Positions 42,101-57,949 of a stretch of 64,000 nucleotides of DNA are shown here, in pieces. This DNA comes from Eledone cirrhosa (lineage: Eukaryota). Location of the stretch: contig OZ024747.1 in NCBI GenBank assembly GCA_964016885.1, positions 77,128,001 through 77,192,000 of the forward strand. The letters are read 5' to 3'. A program made the position numbers and the translations under genes. The notes below the pieces were generated by a model. That model saw only the letters and a program-made list of their open reading frames with translations, made no database searches and was not told the origin of the DNA. Each line of letters starts with the position of its first letter. Within the stretch, counting starts at the first letter, position 1.

Positions 42101-45100
42101 GTATTTTATATTAGTGGTAGGTATTTTATATTGTTGGTAGATAATTTATATTAGTGCTAGGTATTTTATATTAGTGCTAGGTATTTTATATTAGTGGTAG
42201 ATATTTTATATTAGTGCTAGGTATTTTATATTAGTCCTAGGTATTTTATATTAGTGCTAGGTATTATATATTAGTGGTAGGTATTTTATATTAGTGCTAG
42301 GTATTTTATATTAGTGCTAGGTATTTTATATTAGTGGTAGATATTTTATATTAGTGCTAGGTATTTTATATTAGTGCTAGGTATTTTATATTAGTACTAG
42401 GTATTTTATATTAGTGCTAGGTATTTTATATTAGTGGTAGGTATTTTATATTAGTGCTGGGTATTTTATATTAGTGGTAGGTATTTTATATTAGTGGTAG
42501 GTATTTTATATTAGTGGTAGGTATTTTATATAGTGGTAGTTATTTTATATTAGGGGTAGATATTTTATATTAGGGGTAGATATTTTATATTAGGGGTAGA
42601 TTATATTAAGGGTAGGTATTTCATATTAGTGGTAGGTATTTTATATTAGTGGTAGGTATTTTATATTAGTGGTAGATATTTTATATTAGTGGTAGGTATT
42701 TTATATTAGTGGTAGGTATTTTATATTAGTGGTAGGTATTTTATATTAGTGGTAGGTGTTTTATATTAGTGCTAGGTATTTTATATTAGTGCTAGGTATT
42801 TTATATTAGTGGTAGGTATTTTATATTAGTGCTGGGTATTTTATATTAGTGGTAGGTATTTTATATTAGTGGTAGGTATTTTATATTAGTGCTAGGTATT
42901 TTATATTAGTGGTAGTTATTTTATATTAGGGGTAGATATTTTATATTAGGGGTAGATTATATTAAGGGTAGGTATTTCATATTAGTGGTAGATATTTCAT
43001 ATTAGGGGTAGATATTTTATATTAGGGGTAGATTATCTTAAGGGTAGGTATTTCATATTAGTGGTAGATATTTCATATTAGTGGTAGATATTTTATATTA
43101 AGGGTAGATATTTTATATTAGGGGTAGATTATATTAAGGGTAGGTAATTCATATTAGTGGTAGATATTTTATATTAGTGGTAGGTATTTCATATTAGTGG
43201 TAGATATTTCATATTAGTGGTAGGTATTTCATATTAGTGGTAGGTATTTTATATTAGTGGTAGGTATTTTATATTAGTGCTAGGTATTTTATATTAGTGG
43301 TAGGTATTTTATATTAGTGGTAGGTATTTTATATTGGTGGTAGATAATTTATATTAGTGCTAGGTATTTTATATTAGTGCTAGGTATTTTATATTAGTGG
43401 TACATATTTTATATTAGTGCTAGGTATTTTATATTAGTCCTAGTTATTTTATATTAGTGCTAGGTATTATATATTAGTGGTAGGTATTTTATATTAGTGC
43501 TAGTTATTTTATATTAGTGCTAGGTATTTTATATTAGTGGTAGATATTTTATATTAGTGCTAGGTATTTTATATTAGTGCTAGGTATTTTATATTAGTGC
43601 TAGGTATTTTATATTAGTCGTAGATATGTTATATTAGTGCTAGGTATTTTATATTAGTGGTAGATATTTTATATTAGTGGTAGGTATTATATATTAGTGG
43701 TAGGTATTTTATATTAGTGCTAGGTATTTTATATTAGTGGTAGGTATTTTATATTAGTGGTAGGTATTTTATATTATTTCTAGGTATTTTATATTAGTGG
43801 TAGATATTTTATATTAGTGGTAGATATTTTATATTAGTGGTAGGTATTTCATATTAGGGGTAGATATTTTATATTAGTGCTAGGTATTTCATATTAGGGG
43901 TAGATATTTTATATTAGTGCTAGGTATTTTATATGAGGAGTCGATATTTTATATTAGGGGTAGATTATATTAAGGGTAGGTATTTCATATTAGTGGTAGA
44001 TATTTCATATTAGTGGTAGATATTTTAGATTAGGGGTAGATATTTTATATTAGGGGTAGATTATATTAAGGGTAGGTATTTCATATTAGTGGTAGATATT
44101 TTATATTAGTGGTAGGTATTTCATATTAGTGGTAGATATTTCATATTAGTGGTAGGTATTTCATATTAGTGGCAGGTATTTTATATTAGTGCTAGGTATT
44201 TTATATTAGTGGTAGGTATTTTATATTAGTGCTACGTATTTTATATTAGTGGTAGATATTTTATATTAGTGCTAGGTATTTTATATTAGGGGTAGATATT
44301 TTATATTAGTGGTAGATATTTTATATTAGGGGTAGATATTTTATATTGGGGGTAGATTATATTAAGGGTAAGTATTTCATATTAGTGGTAGATATTTTAT
44401 ATTAGGAGTAGATATTTTATATTAGGGGTAGATTATATTAAGGGTAGGTATTTCATATTAGTGGTAGATATTTCATATTAGTGGTAGGTATTTCATATTA
44501 GTGGTAGGTATTTTATATTAGTGGTAGGTATTTTATATTAGTGGTAGATATTTTAGATTAGGGGTAGATATTTTATATTAGGGGTAGATTATATTAAGGG
44601 TAGGTATTTCATATTAGTGGTAGATATTTCATATTAGTGGTAGGTATTTCATATTAGTGGTAGGTATTTTATATTAGTGCTAGGTATTTTATATTAGTGG
44701 TAGGTATTTTATATTATTGGTAGGTATTTTATATTGGTGGTAGATAATTTATATTAGTGCTAGGTATTTTATATTAGTGCTAGGTATTTTATATTAGTGG
44801 TAGATATTTTATATTAGTGCTAGGTATTTTATATTAGTCCTAGGTATTTTATATTAGTGCTAGGTATTTTATATTAGTGGTAGGTATTTTATATTAGTGG
44901 TAGGTATTTTATATTAGTGCTAGGTATTTTATATTAGTGGTAGGTATTTTATATTAGTGGTAGATATTTTATATTAGTGGTAGGTATTTTATATTAGTGG
45001 TAGATATTTTATATTAGTGCTAGGTATTTTATATTAGTGCTAGGTATTTTATATTAGTGGTAGGTATTTTATATTAGTGGTAGATATTTTATATTAGTGG

Positions 45101-48100
45101 TAGGTATTTTATATTAGTGGTAGATATTTTATATTAGTGCTAGGTATTTTATATTAGTGGTAGGTATTTTATATTAGTGCTAAGTATTTTATATTAGTGG
45201 TAGGTATTTTATATTAGTGGTAGGTATTTTATATTGGTGGTAGATAATTTATATTAGTGCTAGGTATTTTATATTAGTGCTAGGTATTTTATATTAGTGG
45301 TAGATATTTTATATTAGTGCTAGGTATTTTATATTAGTCCTAGGTATTTTATATTAGTGCTAGGTATTATATATTAGTGGTAGGTATTTTATATGAGTGC
45401 TAGGTATTTTATATTAGTGCTAGGTATTTTATATTAGTGGTAGATATTTTATATTAGTGCTAGGTATTTTATATTAGTGCTAGGTATTTTATATTAGTGC
45501 TAGGTATTTTATATTAGTGCTAGGTATTTTATATTAGTGGTAGGTATTTTATATTAGTGCTGGGTATTTTATATTAGTGGTAGGTATTTTATATTAGTGG
45601 TAGGTATTTTATATTAGTGGTAGGTATTTTATATTAGTGGTAGTTATTTTATATTAGGGGTAGATATTTTATATTAGGGGTAGATATTTTATATTAGGGT
45701 TAGATTATATTAAGGGTAGGTATTTCATATTAGTGGTAGGTATTTTATATTAGGGGTAGGTATTTTATATTAGTGGTAGGTATTTTATATTAGTGGTAGA
45801 TATTTTATATTAGTGGTAGGTATTTTATATTAGTGGTAGGTATTTTATATTAGTGGTAGGTATTTTATATTAGTGGTAGGTGTTTTATATTAGTGCTAGG
45901 TATTTTATATTAGTGCTAGGTATTTTATATTAGTGGTAGGTATTTTATATTAGTGCTGGGTATTTTATATTAGTGGTAGGTATTTTATATTAGTGGTAGG
46001 TATTTTATATTAGTGCTAGGTATTTTATATTAGTGGTAGTTATTTTATATTAGGGGTAGATATTTTATATTAGGGGTAGATTATATTAAGGGTAGGTATT
46101 TCATATTAGTGGTAGATATTTCATATTAGGGGTAGATATTTTATATTTGGGGTAGATTATATTAAGGGTAGGTATTTCATATTAGTGGTAGATATTTCAT
46201 ATTAGTGGTAGATATTTTATATTAAGGGTAGATATTTTATATTAGGGGTAGATTATATTAAGGGTAGGTAATTCATATTAGTGGTAGATATTTTATATTA
46301 GTGGTAGGTATTTCATATTAGTGGTAGATATTTCATATTAGTGGTAGGTATTTCATATTAGTGGTAGGTATTTTATATTAGTGGTAGGTATTTTATATTA
46401 GTGCTAGGTATTTTATATTAGTGGTAGGTATTTTATATTAGTGGTAGGTATTTTATATTGGTGGTAGATAATTTATATTATTGCTAGGTATTTTATATTA
46501 GTGCTAGGTATTTTATATTAGTGGTACATATTTTATATTAGTGCTAGGTATTTTATATTAGTCCTAGTTATTTTATAGTAGTGCTAGGTATTATATATTA
46601 GTGGTAGGTATTTTATATTAGTGCTAGTTATTTTATATTAGTGCTAGGTATTTTATATTAGTGGTAGATATTTTATATTAGTGCTAGGTATTTTATATTA
46701 GTGCTAGGTATTTTATATTAGTGCTAGGTATTTTATATTAGTCGTAGATATGTTATATTAGTGCTAGGTATTTTATATTAGTGGTAGATATTTTATATTA
46801 GTGGTAGGTATTATATATTAGTGGTAGGTATTTTATATTAGTGCTAGGTATTTTATATTAGTGGTAGGTATTTTATATTAGTGGTAGGTATTTTATATTA
46901 TTTCTAGGTATTTTATATTAGTGGTGGATATTTTATATTAGTGGTAGATATTTTATATTAGTGGTAGGTATTTCATATTAGGGGTAGATATTTTATATTA
47001 GTGCTAGGTATTTCATATTAGGGGTAGATATTTTATATTAGTGCTAGGTATTTTATATGAGGAGTAGATATTTTATATTAGGGGTAGATTATATTAAGGG
47101 TAGGTATTTCATATTAGTGGTAGATATTTCATATTAGTGGTAGATATTTTAGATTAGGGGTAGATATTTTATATTAGGGGTAGATTATATTAAGGGTAGG
47201 TATTTCATATTAGTGGTAGATATTTTATATTAGTGGTAGGTATTTCATATTAGTGGTAGATATTTCATATTAGTGGTAGGTATTTCATATTAGTGGCAGG
47301 TATTTTATATTAGTGCTAGGTATTTTATATTAGTGGTAGGTATTTTATATTAGTGCTACGTATTTTATATTAGTGGTAGATATTTTATATTAGTGCTAGG
47401 TATTTTATATTAGGGGTAGATATTTTATATTAGTGGTAGATATTTTATATTAGGGGTAGATATTTTATATTGGGGGTAGATTATATTAAGGGTAAGTATT
47501 TCATATTAGTGGTAGATATTTTATATTAGGAGTAGATATTTTATATTAGGGGTAGATTATATTAAGGGTAGGTATTTCATATTAGTGGTAGATATTTCAT
47601 ATTAGTGGTAGGTATTTCATATTAGTGGTAGGTATTTTATATTAGTGGTAGGTATTGTATATTAGTGGTAGATATTTTAGATTAGGGGTAGATATTTTAT
47701 ATTAGGGGTAGATTATATTAAGGGTAGGTATTTCATATTAGTGGTAGATATTTCATATTAGTGGTAGGTATTTCATATTAGTGGTAGGTATTTTATGTTA
47801 GTACTAGGTATTTTATATTAGTGGTAGGTATTTTATATTAGTGGTAGGTATTTTATATTGGTGGTAGATAATTTATATTAGTGCTAGGTATTTTATATTA
47901 GTGCTAGGTATTTTATATTAGTGGTAGATATTTTATATTAGTGCTAGGTATTTTATATTAGTCCTAGGTATTTTATATTAGTGCTAGGTATTATATATTA
48001 GTGGTAGGTATTTTATATTAGTGCTAGGTATTTTATATTAGTGCTAGGTATTTTATATTAGTGGTAGATATTTTATATTAGTGCTAGGTATTTTATATTA

Positions 48101-51100
48101 GTGGTAGGTATTTTATATTAGTGGTAGGTATTTTATATTAGTGCTAGGTATTTTATATTAGTGGTAGGTATTTTATATTAGTGGTAGATATTTTATATTA
48201 GTGGTAGGTATTTTATATTAGTGGTAGATATTTTATATTAGTGCTAGGTATTTTATATTAGTGGTAGGTATTTTATATTAGTGGTAGATATTTTATATTA
48301 GTCCTAGGTATTTTATATTAGTTCTAGGTATTTTATATTAGTGGTAGGTATTTTATATTAGTGCTAGATATTTTATATTAGTGCTAGGTATTTTATATTA
48401 GTGGTAGATATTTTATATTAGTGCTAGGTATTTTATATTAGTGGTAGATATTTTATATTAGTGGTAGGTATTATATATTAGTGGTAGGTATTTTATATTA
48501 CTGCTAGGTATTTTATATTAGTGGTAGGTATTTTATATTAGTGGTAGGTATTATATATTAGTTCTAGGTATTTTATATTAGTGGTAGATATTTTATACTA
48601 GTGGTAGGTATTTTATATTAGTGGTAGATATTTTATATTAATGGTAGGTATTTTATATTAGTGCTAGGTATTTTATATTAGTGCTAGGTATTTTATATTA
48701 GTGGGAGGTATTTTATATTGGTGCTAGATATTTTATTTTAGTGTTAGATATTTTATATTAGTGGTAGATATTTTATATTAGTGGTAGGTATTTTATATTA
48801 CTGGTAGGTATTTTATATTAGTGGTAAGTATTTAATATTAGTGGTAGATATTTTATATTAGTGCTAGGTATTTTATATTAGGGGTAGATATTTTATATTA
48901 GTGCTAGGTATTTTATATTAGGGGTAGATATTTTATATTAGTGGTAGATATTTTATATTAGGAGTAGATATTTTATATTAAGGGTAGATTATATTAAGGG
49001 TAGGTATTTCATATTAGTGGTAGATATTTCATATTAGTGGTAGATATTTTAGATTAGGGGTAGATATTTTATATTAGTGGTAGATATTTTATATTAAGGG
49101 TAGATATTTTATATTAGGGGTAGATTATATTAAGGGTAGGTATTTCATATTAGTGGTAGATATTTCATATTAGTGGTAGATATTTTAGATTAGGGGTAGA
49201 TATTTTATATTAGGGGTAGATTATATTAAGGGTAGGTATTTCATATTAGTGGTAGATATTTTATATTAGTGGTAGGTATTTCATATTAGTGGTAGATATT
49301 TCATATTAGTGGTAGTTATTTCATATTAGTGGCAGGTATTTTATATTAGTGCTAGGTATTTTATATTAGTGCTAGGTATATTATATTAGTGCTAGGTATT
49401 TTATATTAGTGGTAGGTATTTTATATTAGTGGTAGATATTTTATATTAGTGCTAGGTATTTTATATTAGTGCTAGGTATTTTATATTAGTGCTAGGTATT
49501 TTATATTAGTGGTAGGTATTTTATATTAGTGGTAGATATTTTATATTAGTGCTAGGTATTTTATATTAGTGGTAGGTATTTTATATTGGTGCTAGGTATT
49601 TTATATTAGTGGTAGAAATTTTATATTAGTGGTAGGTATTTTATATTAGTGCTAGGTAATTTATATTAGTGGTAGGTATTTTATATTAGTGCTAGGTATT
49701 TTATATTAGTGGTAGATATTTTATAAAAGTGGTAGGTATTTTATATTAGTGGTAGGTATTTTATATTAGTGCTAGGTATTTTATGTTAGTGCTAGGTATT
49801 TTATATTAGTGCTAGGTATTTTATATTAGTGGTAGGTATTTTATATTAGTTCTAGGTATTTTATATTAGTGGTAGATATTTTATATAAGTGGTAGGTATT
49901 TTATATTAGTGGTAGGTATTTTATATTAGTGCTAGGTATTTTATATTAGTGGTAGGTATTTTATATTAGTGCTAGGTGTTTTATATTAGTGCTAGGTATT
50001 TTATGTTAGTGCTAGGTATTTTATATTAGTGCTAGGTATTTTATATTAGTGCTAGGTATTTTATATTAGTGCTAGGTATTTTATGTTAGTGCTAGGTATT
50101 TTATATTAGTGCTAGGTATTTTATATTAGTGCTAGGTATTTTATATTAGTGCTAGGTATTTAATGTTAGTGCTAGGTATTTTATATTCGTGCTAGGTATT
50201 TTATATTAGTGGTAGGTATTTTATATTAGTGGTAGGTATTTTATATTAGTGCTAGGTATTTTATATTAGTGCTAGTTATTTTATATTAGTGGTAGATATT
50301 TTATATTAGTGGTAGGTATTTTATATTAGTGCTAGGTATTTTATATTAGTGCTAGTTATTTTATATTAGTGGTAGATATTTTATATTAGTGGTAGGTATT
50401 TTATATTAGTGGTAGGTATTTTATATTAGTGGTAGATATTTTATATTAGTTCTAGATATTTTATATTAGTGGTAGATATTTTATATTAGTGGTAGGTATT
50501 TTATATTAGTGCTAGGTATTTTATATTAGTGGTAGATATTTTATATAAGTGGTAGGTATTTTATATTAGTGGTAGGTATCTTATATTAGTGCTAGGTATT
50601 TTATATTAGTGGTAGATATTTTATATAAGTGGTAGGTATTTTATATTAGTGGTAGGTATTTTATATTAGTGCTAGGTATTTTATGTTAGTGCTAGGTATT
50701 TTATATTAGTGCTAGGTATTTTATATTAGTGGTAGCTATTTTATATTAGTGCTAGGTATTTTATATTAGTGGTAGGTATTTTATATTAGTGCTAGGTATT
50801 TTATATTAGTGCTAGGTATTTTATGTTAGTGCTAGGTATGTTATATTAGTGCTAGGTATTTTATATTAGTGCTAGGTATTTTATATTAGTGCTAGGTATT
50901 TTATGTTAGTGCTAGGTATTTTATATTAGTGCTAGGTATTTTATATTAGTGCTAGGTATTTTATATTAGTGCTAGGTATTTTATGTTAGTGCTAGGTATT
51001 TTATATTAGTGCTAGGTATTTTATATTAGTGGTAGGTATTTTATATTAGTGGTAGGTATTTTATATTAGTGCTAGGTATTTTATATTAGTGCTAGTTATT

Positions 51101-54100
51101 TTATATTAGTGGTAGATATTTTATATTAGTGGTAGGTATTTTATATTAGTGCTAGGTATTTTATATTAGTGCTAGTTATTTTATATTAGTGGTAGATATT
51201 TTATATTAGTGGTAGGTATTTTATATTAGTGGTAGGTATTTTATATTAGTGCTAGATATTTTATATTAGTGCTAGATATTTTATATTAGTGGTAGATATT
51301 TTATATTAGTGGTAGGTATTTTATATTAGTGCTAGGTATTTTATATTAGTGGTAGATATTTTATATAAGTGGTAGGTATTTTATATTAGTGCTAGGTATT
51401 TTATATTAGTGCTAGGTATTTTATATTAGTGGTAGGTATTTTATATTAGTGCTAGGTATTTTATGTTAGTGCTAGGTATTTTATATTAGTGGTAGGTATT
51501 TTATATTAGTGGTAGGTATTTTATATTAGTGCTAGGTATTTTATATTAGTGCTAGGTATTTTATATTAGTGCTAGGTATTTTATATTAGTGCTAGGTATT
51601 TTATATTAGTGGTAGGTATTTTATATTAGTGCTAGTTATTTTATATTAGTGGTAGATATTTTATATTAGTGCTAGGTATTTTAGATTAGTGCTAGGTATT
51701 TTATATTAGTGGTAGATATTTTATATTAGTGGTAGGTATTTTTTATTAGTGGTAGATATTTTATATTAGTGCTAGGTATTTTATATTAGTGGTAGATATT
51801 TTATATTAGTGCTAGCTATTTTATATTAGTGGTAGATATTTTATATTAGTGCTAGGTATTTTATATTAGTGGTAGGTATTTTATATTAGTGCTAGGTATT
51901 TTATATTAGTGGTAGGTATTTTATATTAGTGTTAGGTATTTTATATTAGTGGTAGGTATTTTATATTAGTGCTAGGTATTTTATATTAGTGCTAGGTATT
52001 TTATATTAGTGGTAGGTATTTTATATTAGTTCTAGGTATTTTATATTAATGATAGGTATTTTATATTAGTGGTAGATATTTTAGATTAGTGGTAGGTATT
52101 TTATATTAGTGGTAGATATTTTATATTAGTGCTAGGTATTTTATATTAGTGGTAGATATTTTATATAAGTGGTAGGTATTTTATATTAGTGGTAGGTATT
52201 TCATATTAGTGCTAGGTATTTTATATTAGTGGTAGGTATTTTATATTAGTGCTAGGTATTTTATATTAGTGCTAGGTATTTTATGTTAGTGCTAGGTATT
52301 TTATATTAGTGCTAGGTATTTTATATTAGTGCTAGGTATTTTATATTAGTGCTAGGTATTTTATGTTAGTGCTAGGTATTTTATATTAGTGCTAGGTATT
52401 TTATATTAGTGCTAGGTATTTTATATTAGTGCTAGGTATTTTATATTAGTGCTAGGTATTTTATGTTAGTGCTAGGTATTTTATATTAGTGCTAGGTATT
52501 TTATATTAGTGGTAGGTATTTTAAATTAGTGGTAGGTATTTTATATTAGTGCTAGGTATTTTATATTAGTGCTAGTTATTTTATATTAGTGGTAGATATT
52601 TTATATTAGTGCTAGGTATTTTATATTAGTGCTAGGTATTTTATATTAGTGCTAGGTATTTTATATTAGTGGTAGGTATTTTATATTAGTGCTAGGTATT
52701 TTATATTAGTGCTAGGTATTTTATATTAGTGGTAGGTATTTTATATTAATGGTAGATATTTTATATTAGTGCTAGGTATTTTATATTAGTGGTAGGTATT
52801 TTATATTAGTGCCAGGTATTTTATATTAGTGGTAAATATTTGATATTAGTGGTAGGTATGTTATATTAGTGCTATGTATTTTATATTAGTGCTAGGTATT
52901 TTATATTAGTGGTAGGTATTTTATATTAGTGCTAGGTATTTTATATTAGTGCTAGGTATTTTATATTAGTGGTAGATATTTTATATTAGTGGTAGATATT
53001 TTATATTAGTGGTAGATATTTTATATTAGTGGTAGATATTTTATATTAGTGCTAGGTATTTTATATTAGTGGTAGATATTTTATATTAGTGGTAGATATT
53101 TTATATTAGTGGTAGATATTTTATATTAGTGCTAGGTATTTTATATTAGTGGTAGATATTTTATATTAGTGGTAGATATTTTCTATTAGTGGTAGGTATT
53201 TTATATTAGTGCTAGGTATTTTATATTAGTGGTAGATATTTTATATAAGTGGTAGTTATTTTATATTAGTGGTAGGTATTTTATATTAGTGCTAGGTATT
53301 TTATATTAGTGGTAGGTATTTTATATTAGTGCTAGATATTTTATATTAGTGCTAGGTATTTTATATTAGTGCTAGGTATTTTATATTAGTGGTAGGTATT
53401 TTATATTAGTGCTAGGTATTTTATATTAGTGGTAGGTATTTTATATTAGTGGTAGGTATTTTATATTAGTGCTAGGTATTTTATATTAGTGGTAGGTATT
53501 TTATATTAGTGCTAGGTATTTTATATTAGTACTAGGTATTTTATATTAGTGGTAGATATTTTATATTAGTGGTAGGTATTTTATATTAGTGCTAGGTATT
53601 TTATATTAGTGTTAGGTATTTTATATTAGTGCTAGGTATTTTAGATTAGTGCTAGATATTTTATATTAGTGGTAGATATTTCATATTAGTGGTAGGTATT
53701 TTATATTAGTGGTAGATATTTTAGATTAGTGGTAGGTATTTTATATTAGTGGTAGATATTTTATATTAGTTCTAGGTATTTTATATTAGTAGTAGATATT
53801 TTATATTAGTGCTAGGTATTTTATATTAGTGGTAGATATTTTATATTAGTGCTAGGTATTTTATATTAGTGGTAGGTATTTTATATTAGTGCTAGGTATT
53901 TTATATTAGTGCTAGGTATTTTATATTAGTGCTAGGTATTTTATATTAGTGGTAGATATTTTATATTAGTGGTAGGTATTTTATATTAGTGGTAGGTATT
54001 TTATATTAGTGCTAGGTATTTTATATTAGTGCTAGGTATTTTATATTAGTGGTAGATATTTTATATTAGTGGTAGGTATTTTATATTAGTGCTAGGTATT

Positions 54101-55851
54101 TTATATTAGTGGTAGATATTTTATATTAGTGCTAGGTATTTTATATTAGTGCTAGGTATTTTATATTAGTGCTAGGTATTTTATATTAGTGCTAGGTATT
54201 TTATATTAGTGCTAGGTATTTTATATTAGTGGTAGGTATTTTATATTAGTGGTAGATATTTTATATTAGTGCTAGGTATTTTATATTAGTGGTAGGTATT
54301 TTATATTAGTGCCAGGTATTTTATATTAGTGGTAAATATTTGATATTAGTGGTAGGTATTTTATATTAGTGCTATGTATTTTATATTAGTGCTAGGTATT
54401 TTATATTAGTGGTAGGTATTTTATATTAGTGCTAGGTATTTTATATTAGTGCTAGGTATTTTATATTAGTTGTAGATATTTTATATTAGTGGTAGATATT
54501 TTATATTAGTGGTAGATATTTTATATTAGTGGTAGATATTTTATATTAGTGCTAGGTATTTTATATTAGTGGTAGATATTTTATATTAGTGGTAGATATT
54601 TTATATTAGTGGTAGATATTTTATATTAGTGCTAGGTATTTTATATTAGTGGTAGATATTTTATATTAGTGGTAGATATTTTATATTAGTGGTAGATATT
54701 TTATATTAGTGGTAGGTATTTTATATTAGTGCTAGGTATTTTATATTAGTGCTAGGTATTTTATATTAGTGGTAGGTATTTTATATTACTGCTAGGTATT
54801 TTATATTAGTGGTAGATATTTTATATTAGTGGTAGATATTTTATATTGGTGGTAGGTATTTTATATTAGTGGTAGGTATTTTATATTAGTGGTAGATATT
54901 TTATATTAGTGGTAAATATTTTATATTAGTGGTAGGTATTTTATATTAGTGCTAGATATTTGATATTAGTGGTAGATATTTTATATTAGTGAAAGGTATT
55001 TTATATTAGTGGTAGATATTTTATATTAGTGGTAGGTATTTTATATTAGTGGTAGGTATTTTATATTAGTGGTAGGTATTTTATATTAGTGGTAGATATT
55101 TTATATTAGTGGTAGGTATTCTATATTAGTGGTAGGTATTTTATATTAGTGGTAGATATTTTATATTAGTGGTAGATATTTTATATTAGTGGTATGTATT
55201 TTATATTAGTGGCAGGTATTTTACATTAGTGCTAGGTATTTTATATTAGTGGTATGTATTTTATATTAGTGCTAGGTATTTTATATTAGTGGTAGATATT
55301 TTATATTAGTGGTAGGTATTTTACATTAGTGCTAGATATTTTATATTAGTGGTAAATATTTTATATTAGTGCTAGGTATTTTATATTAGTGCTAGGTATT
55401 TTATATTAGTGGTAGATATTTTATATTAGTGCTAGGTATTTTATATTAGTGGTAGGTATTTCATATTAGTGGTAGATATTTTATATTAGTGCTAGATATT
55501 TCATATTAGTGGTAGATATTTTATATTAGTGGTAGATAGTTTATATTAGTTGTAGGTATTTTATATTAGTGCTAGCTATTTTATATTAGTGGTAAATATG
55601 TTATATTAGTGCTAGGTATATTATATTAGTGGTAGGTATTTCATATTAGTGGTCGATATTTTATATTATGGGTAGATATTTTATATTAGTGGTAGGTATT
55701 TAATATTAGTGGTAGGTATTTCATATTACTGGTAGATATTTTATATTAGGAGTAGATATTTCATATTAGTGGTAGGTATTTCATATTAGTGGTAGATATT
55801 TTATATTAGGGGTAGATACTTCATATTTGGGGTAGATATTTCATATTAGTG
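30144..55851. repeat. 20-bp satellite array (consensus ATATTAGTG[G/C]TAG[G/A]TATTTT), ~25.7 kb, about 1,290 monomers
   Basis: Continuous 20-bp period with occasional 18-bp variants (ggggtagattatattaagggtagg) and recurring variant blocks. Confidence 0.98.
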
Positions 55852-55959
55852 AAGCATACATTCCTCTCATGACCATCCCATCTTTTTTACTAGGCATAGA
55901 ACTACATTATCCTTTAAGAGTAATTTCCGTAATATATGTCTGCTATTATTTTACAGAAA

Positions 55960-56352
55960 GGGCGTAGATTGGCAGAATCGGTAGAGCGCCGGACAAAATA
56001 CTTTTTGGCATATAGTTACGTCCATTTACGTACTGAGTTCAAATCCCGCCAAGGTTAGCTTTGCTTTTCGTCCTTACGGGTTCGATAAAATAAAGTACCA
56101 GTAACGCACTGAGGTCGATTTATTCGACTTCCCTCCAAAAAAAATTGTTGTCTAAATCAGAAACCATTATTACACAAAAATTACGGTGAATTGGTAGAAT
56201 CGTTTGAGCCTCGGACAAAACGCTGAGGTGAACTTTATCTTTTACCCTTTCTAGGTCGATAAAATAAAGTATCAGTCAAGTACTAGAGCCAATATAATCA
56301 ATTTTACCCTCCTCCAAAATTGCTGGCCTTGTACCTATTTTAGAAAATTATT
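55960..56352 (+). mobile_element. Two adjacent SINE copies (55960-56172 and a deleted copy 56184-56352)
   Basis: TGGCAGAATCGGTAG A box, GAGTTCAAATCC B box, gataaaataaagtaccag body. Confidence 0.85.
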
Positions 56353-56859
56353 TTATAGATCAGGCAACCAAGCGAACGTTTCTTTGTCTGTAAATTAAGT
56401 TTGATTTCATTCTTAATTATTATTTTCTTCTACTTCTCACTGGTGATAAATGTTTTTCCAAATATACATCTTATTTCTCTAAAGACTGGTGTACTTATAA
56501 GCAAATAAATTCTACCCTTCTTCGACAACACACGTTGACATATAAGCTTGGTTTACATTATGTGACTTATCACGAAACCAAACTTGCTTCTTTCATACCT
56601 CCGTCCAGCCTAAGTATTTCCCTGTCTACGCATAACAATTTCTCAGGAATTTTAGTAGCTAGGCACCGGTATTTTATCGGTTTTCTCACTACATCGCCAT
56701 TCCCAAGAGCTGCTTTTCTTTTTGTGTTTTATTTATAATCAAAACATTAATATGTATGTTCTAGAATTCCTACCGTTTTTATATATTACCAGACACTACA
56801 TACGGATTTATTTTAATCTTTTTTCAATATTGATGAATTGTTAACGCTATTTTCCCTTT

Positions 56860-57500
56860 CTCTTCAGACGCACATCTCTCCTCTCCCTTCCTCTCCAGTC
56901 ACATATCTCTCCTCTCCCTTCCTCCCCAGTCACATATCTCTCCTCTCCCTTCCTCTCCAGTCACACATCTCTCCTCTCCGTTCCTCTCCAGTTACATATC
57001 TCTCCTCTCCCTTCCTCTCCAGTCACACATCTCTCCTCTCCCTTCCTCTCTTCCTTTCCCTTCCTCTTCAGTCACACATCTCTTCTCTCCTCTCCCTTCC
57101 TCTCCAGTCACACATCTCTCCTCCTTTCCTCTCCTCTCCAGTCACACATCTCTCTCCTCCTTTCCCTTCCTCTCCGGTCACACATCTCTCCTCCTTTCTC
57201 TTCCTCTCCAGTCACACATCTCTCTCCTCCTTTCCCTTCCTCTCCAGTCACACATCTCTCCTCCTTTCCTCTCCTCTCCAGTCACATCTCTCCTCCTTTC
57301 CCTTCCTCTCCAGCCACACATATCTCTCCTCCTTTCCAGTCACACATCTCTCATCCTTTCCCTTCCTCTTCAGTCACACCTCTACTTTCCCTTCTTCTCC
57401 AGTCACATCTCTCCTCCTCTCCCTTCCTCTCCAGACACACATCTCTTCTCTCCTCTCCCTTCCTCTCCGGTCACATCTCTTCTTTTCTCTTCTCTTCTCG
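56860..57500. repeat. Pyrimidine-rich minisatellite (ccagtcacacatctctcctctcccttcctct, ~30 bp)
   Basis: About 19 imperfect copies. Confidence 0.9.
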
Positions 57501-57949
57501 TCTTTCTTTTTCCGCGTTAGATTTTTCTGAATGGAGTTTTCCACTTCATTATACAGCAATCTCCAATATTTGAAGAGTGTATTGATACCTTATTAACATA
57601 ATCGACCAGTTCTCGCTATTTATCTCAATTGTTGGTGAACGAAATAATAAAATCAAAAGTCAAACGATGTTTTATTTTATTTTATTTTTCCTGTGTTCTT
57701 GAAAAGAATCTAAATCCTTGACCTGAAGAATATCTAAAATGAACAGGAGGACATTTATAAATACCATCCTTGTAGATATCGGAATGATAAAAATATGTTA
57801 CTTCGTGATAGACAATGATTCTTTCGTATGTAATGAAAAGATTTTAAAAATAAATAAACATTTATTTTCTCGAATATTTTTAATTAAAATACTTCTAATC
57901 CTCGACAGGTTTGTCACCATCTTTATACAGAAACTTGTGGAAATATGAA

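Noticed and set aside
30144-55851. Telomeric repeat array
   Set aside because: TTAGGG appears only inside minority variants of a 20-bp monomer and never in tandem; ordinary sequence continues on both sides.
56838-57530. 230-aa S/L/P/H-rich ORF
   Set aside because: Translation of a pyrimidine-rich minisatellite.
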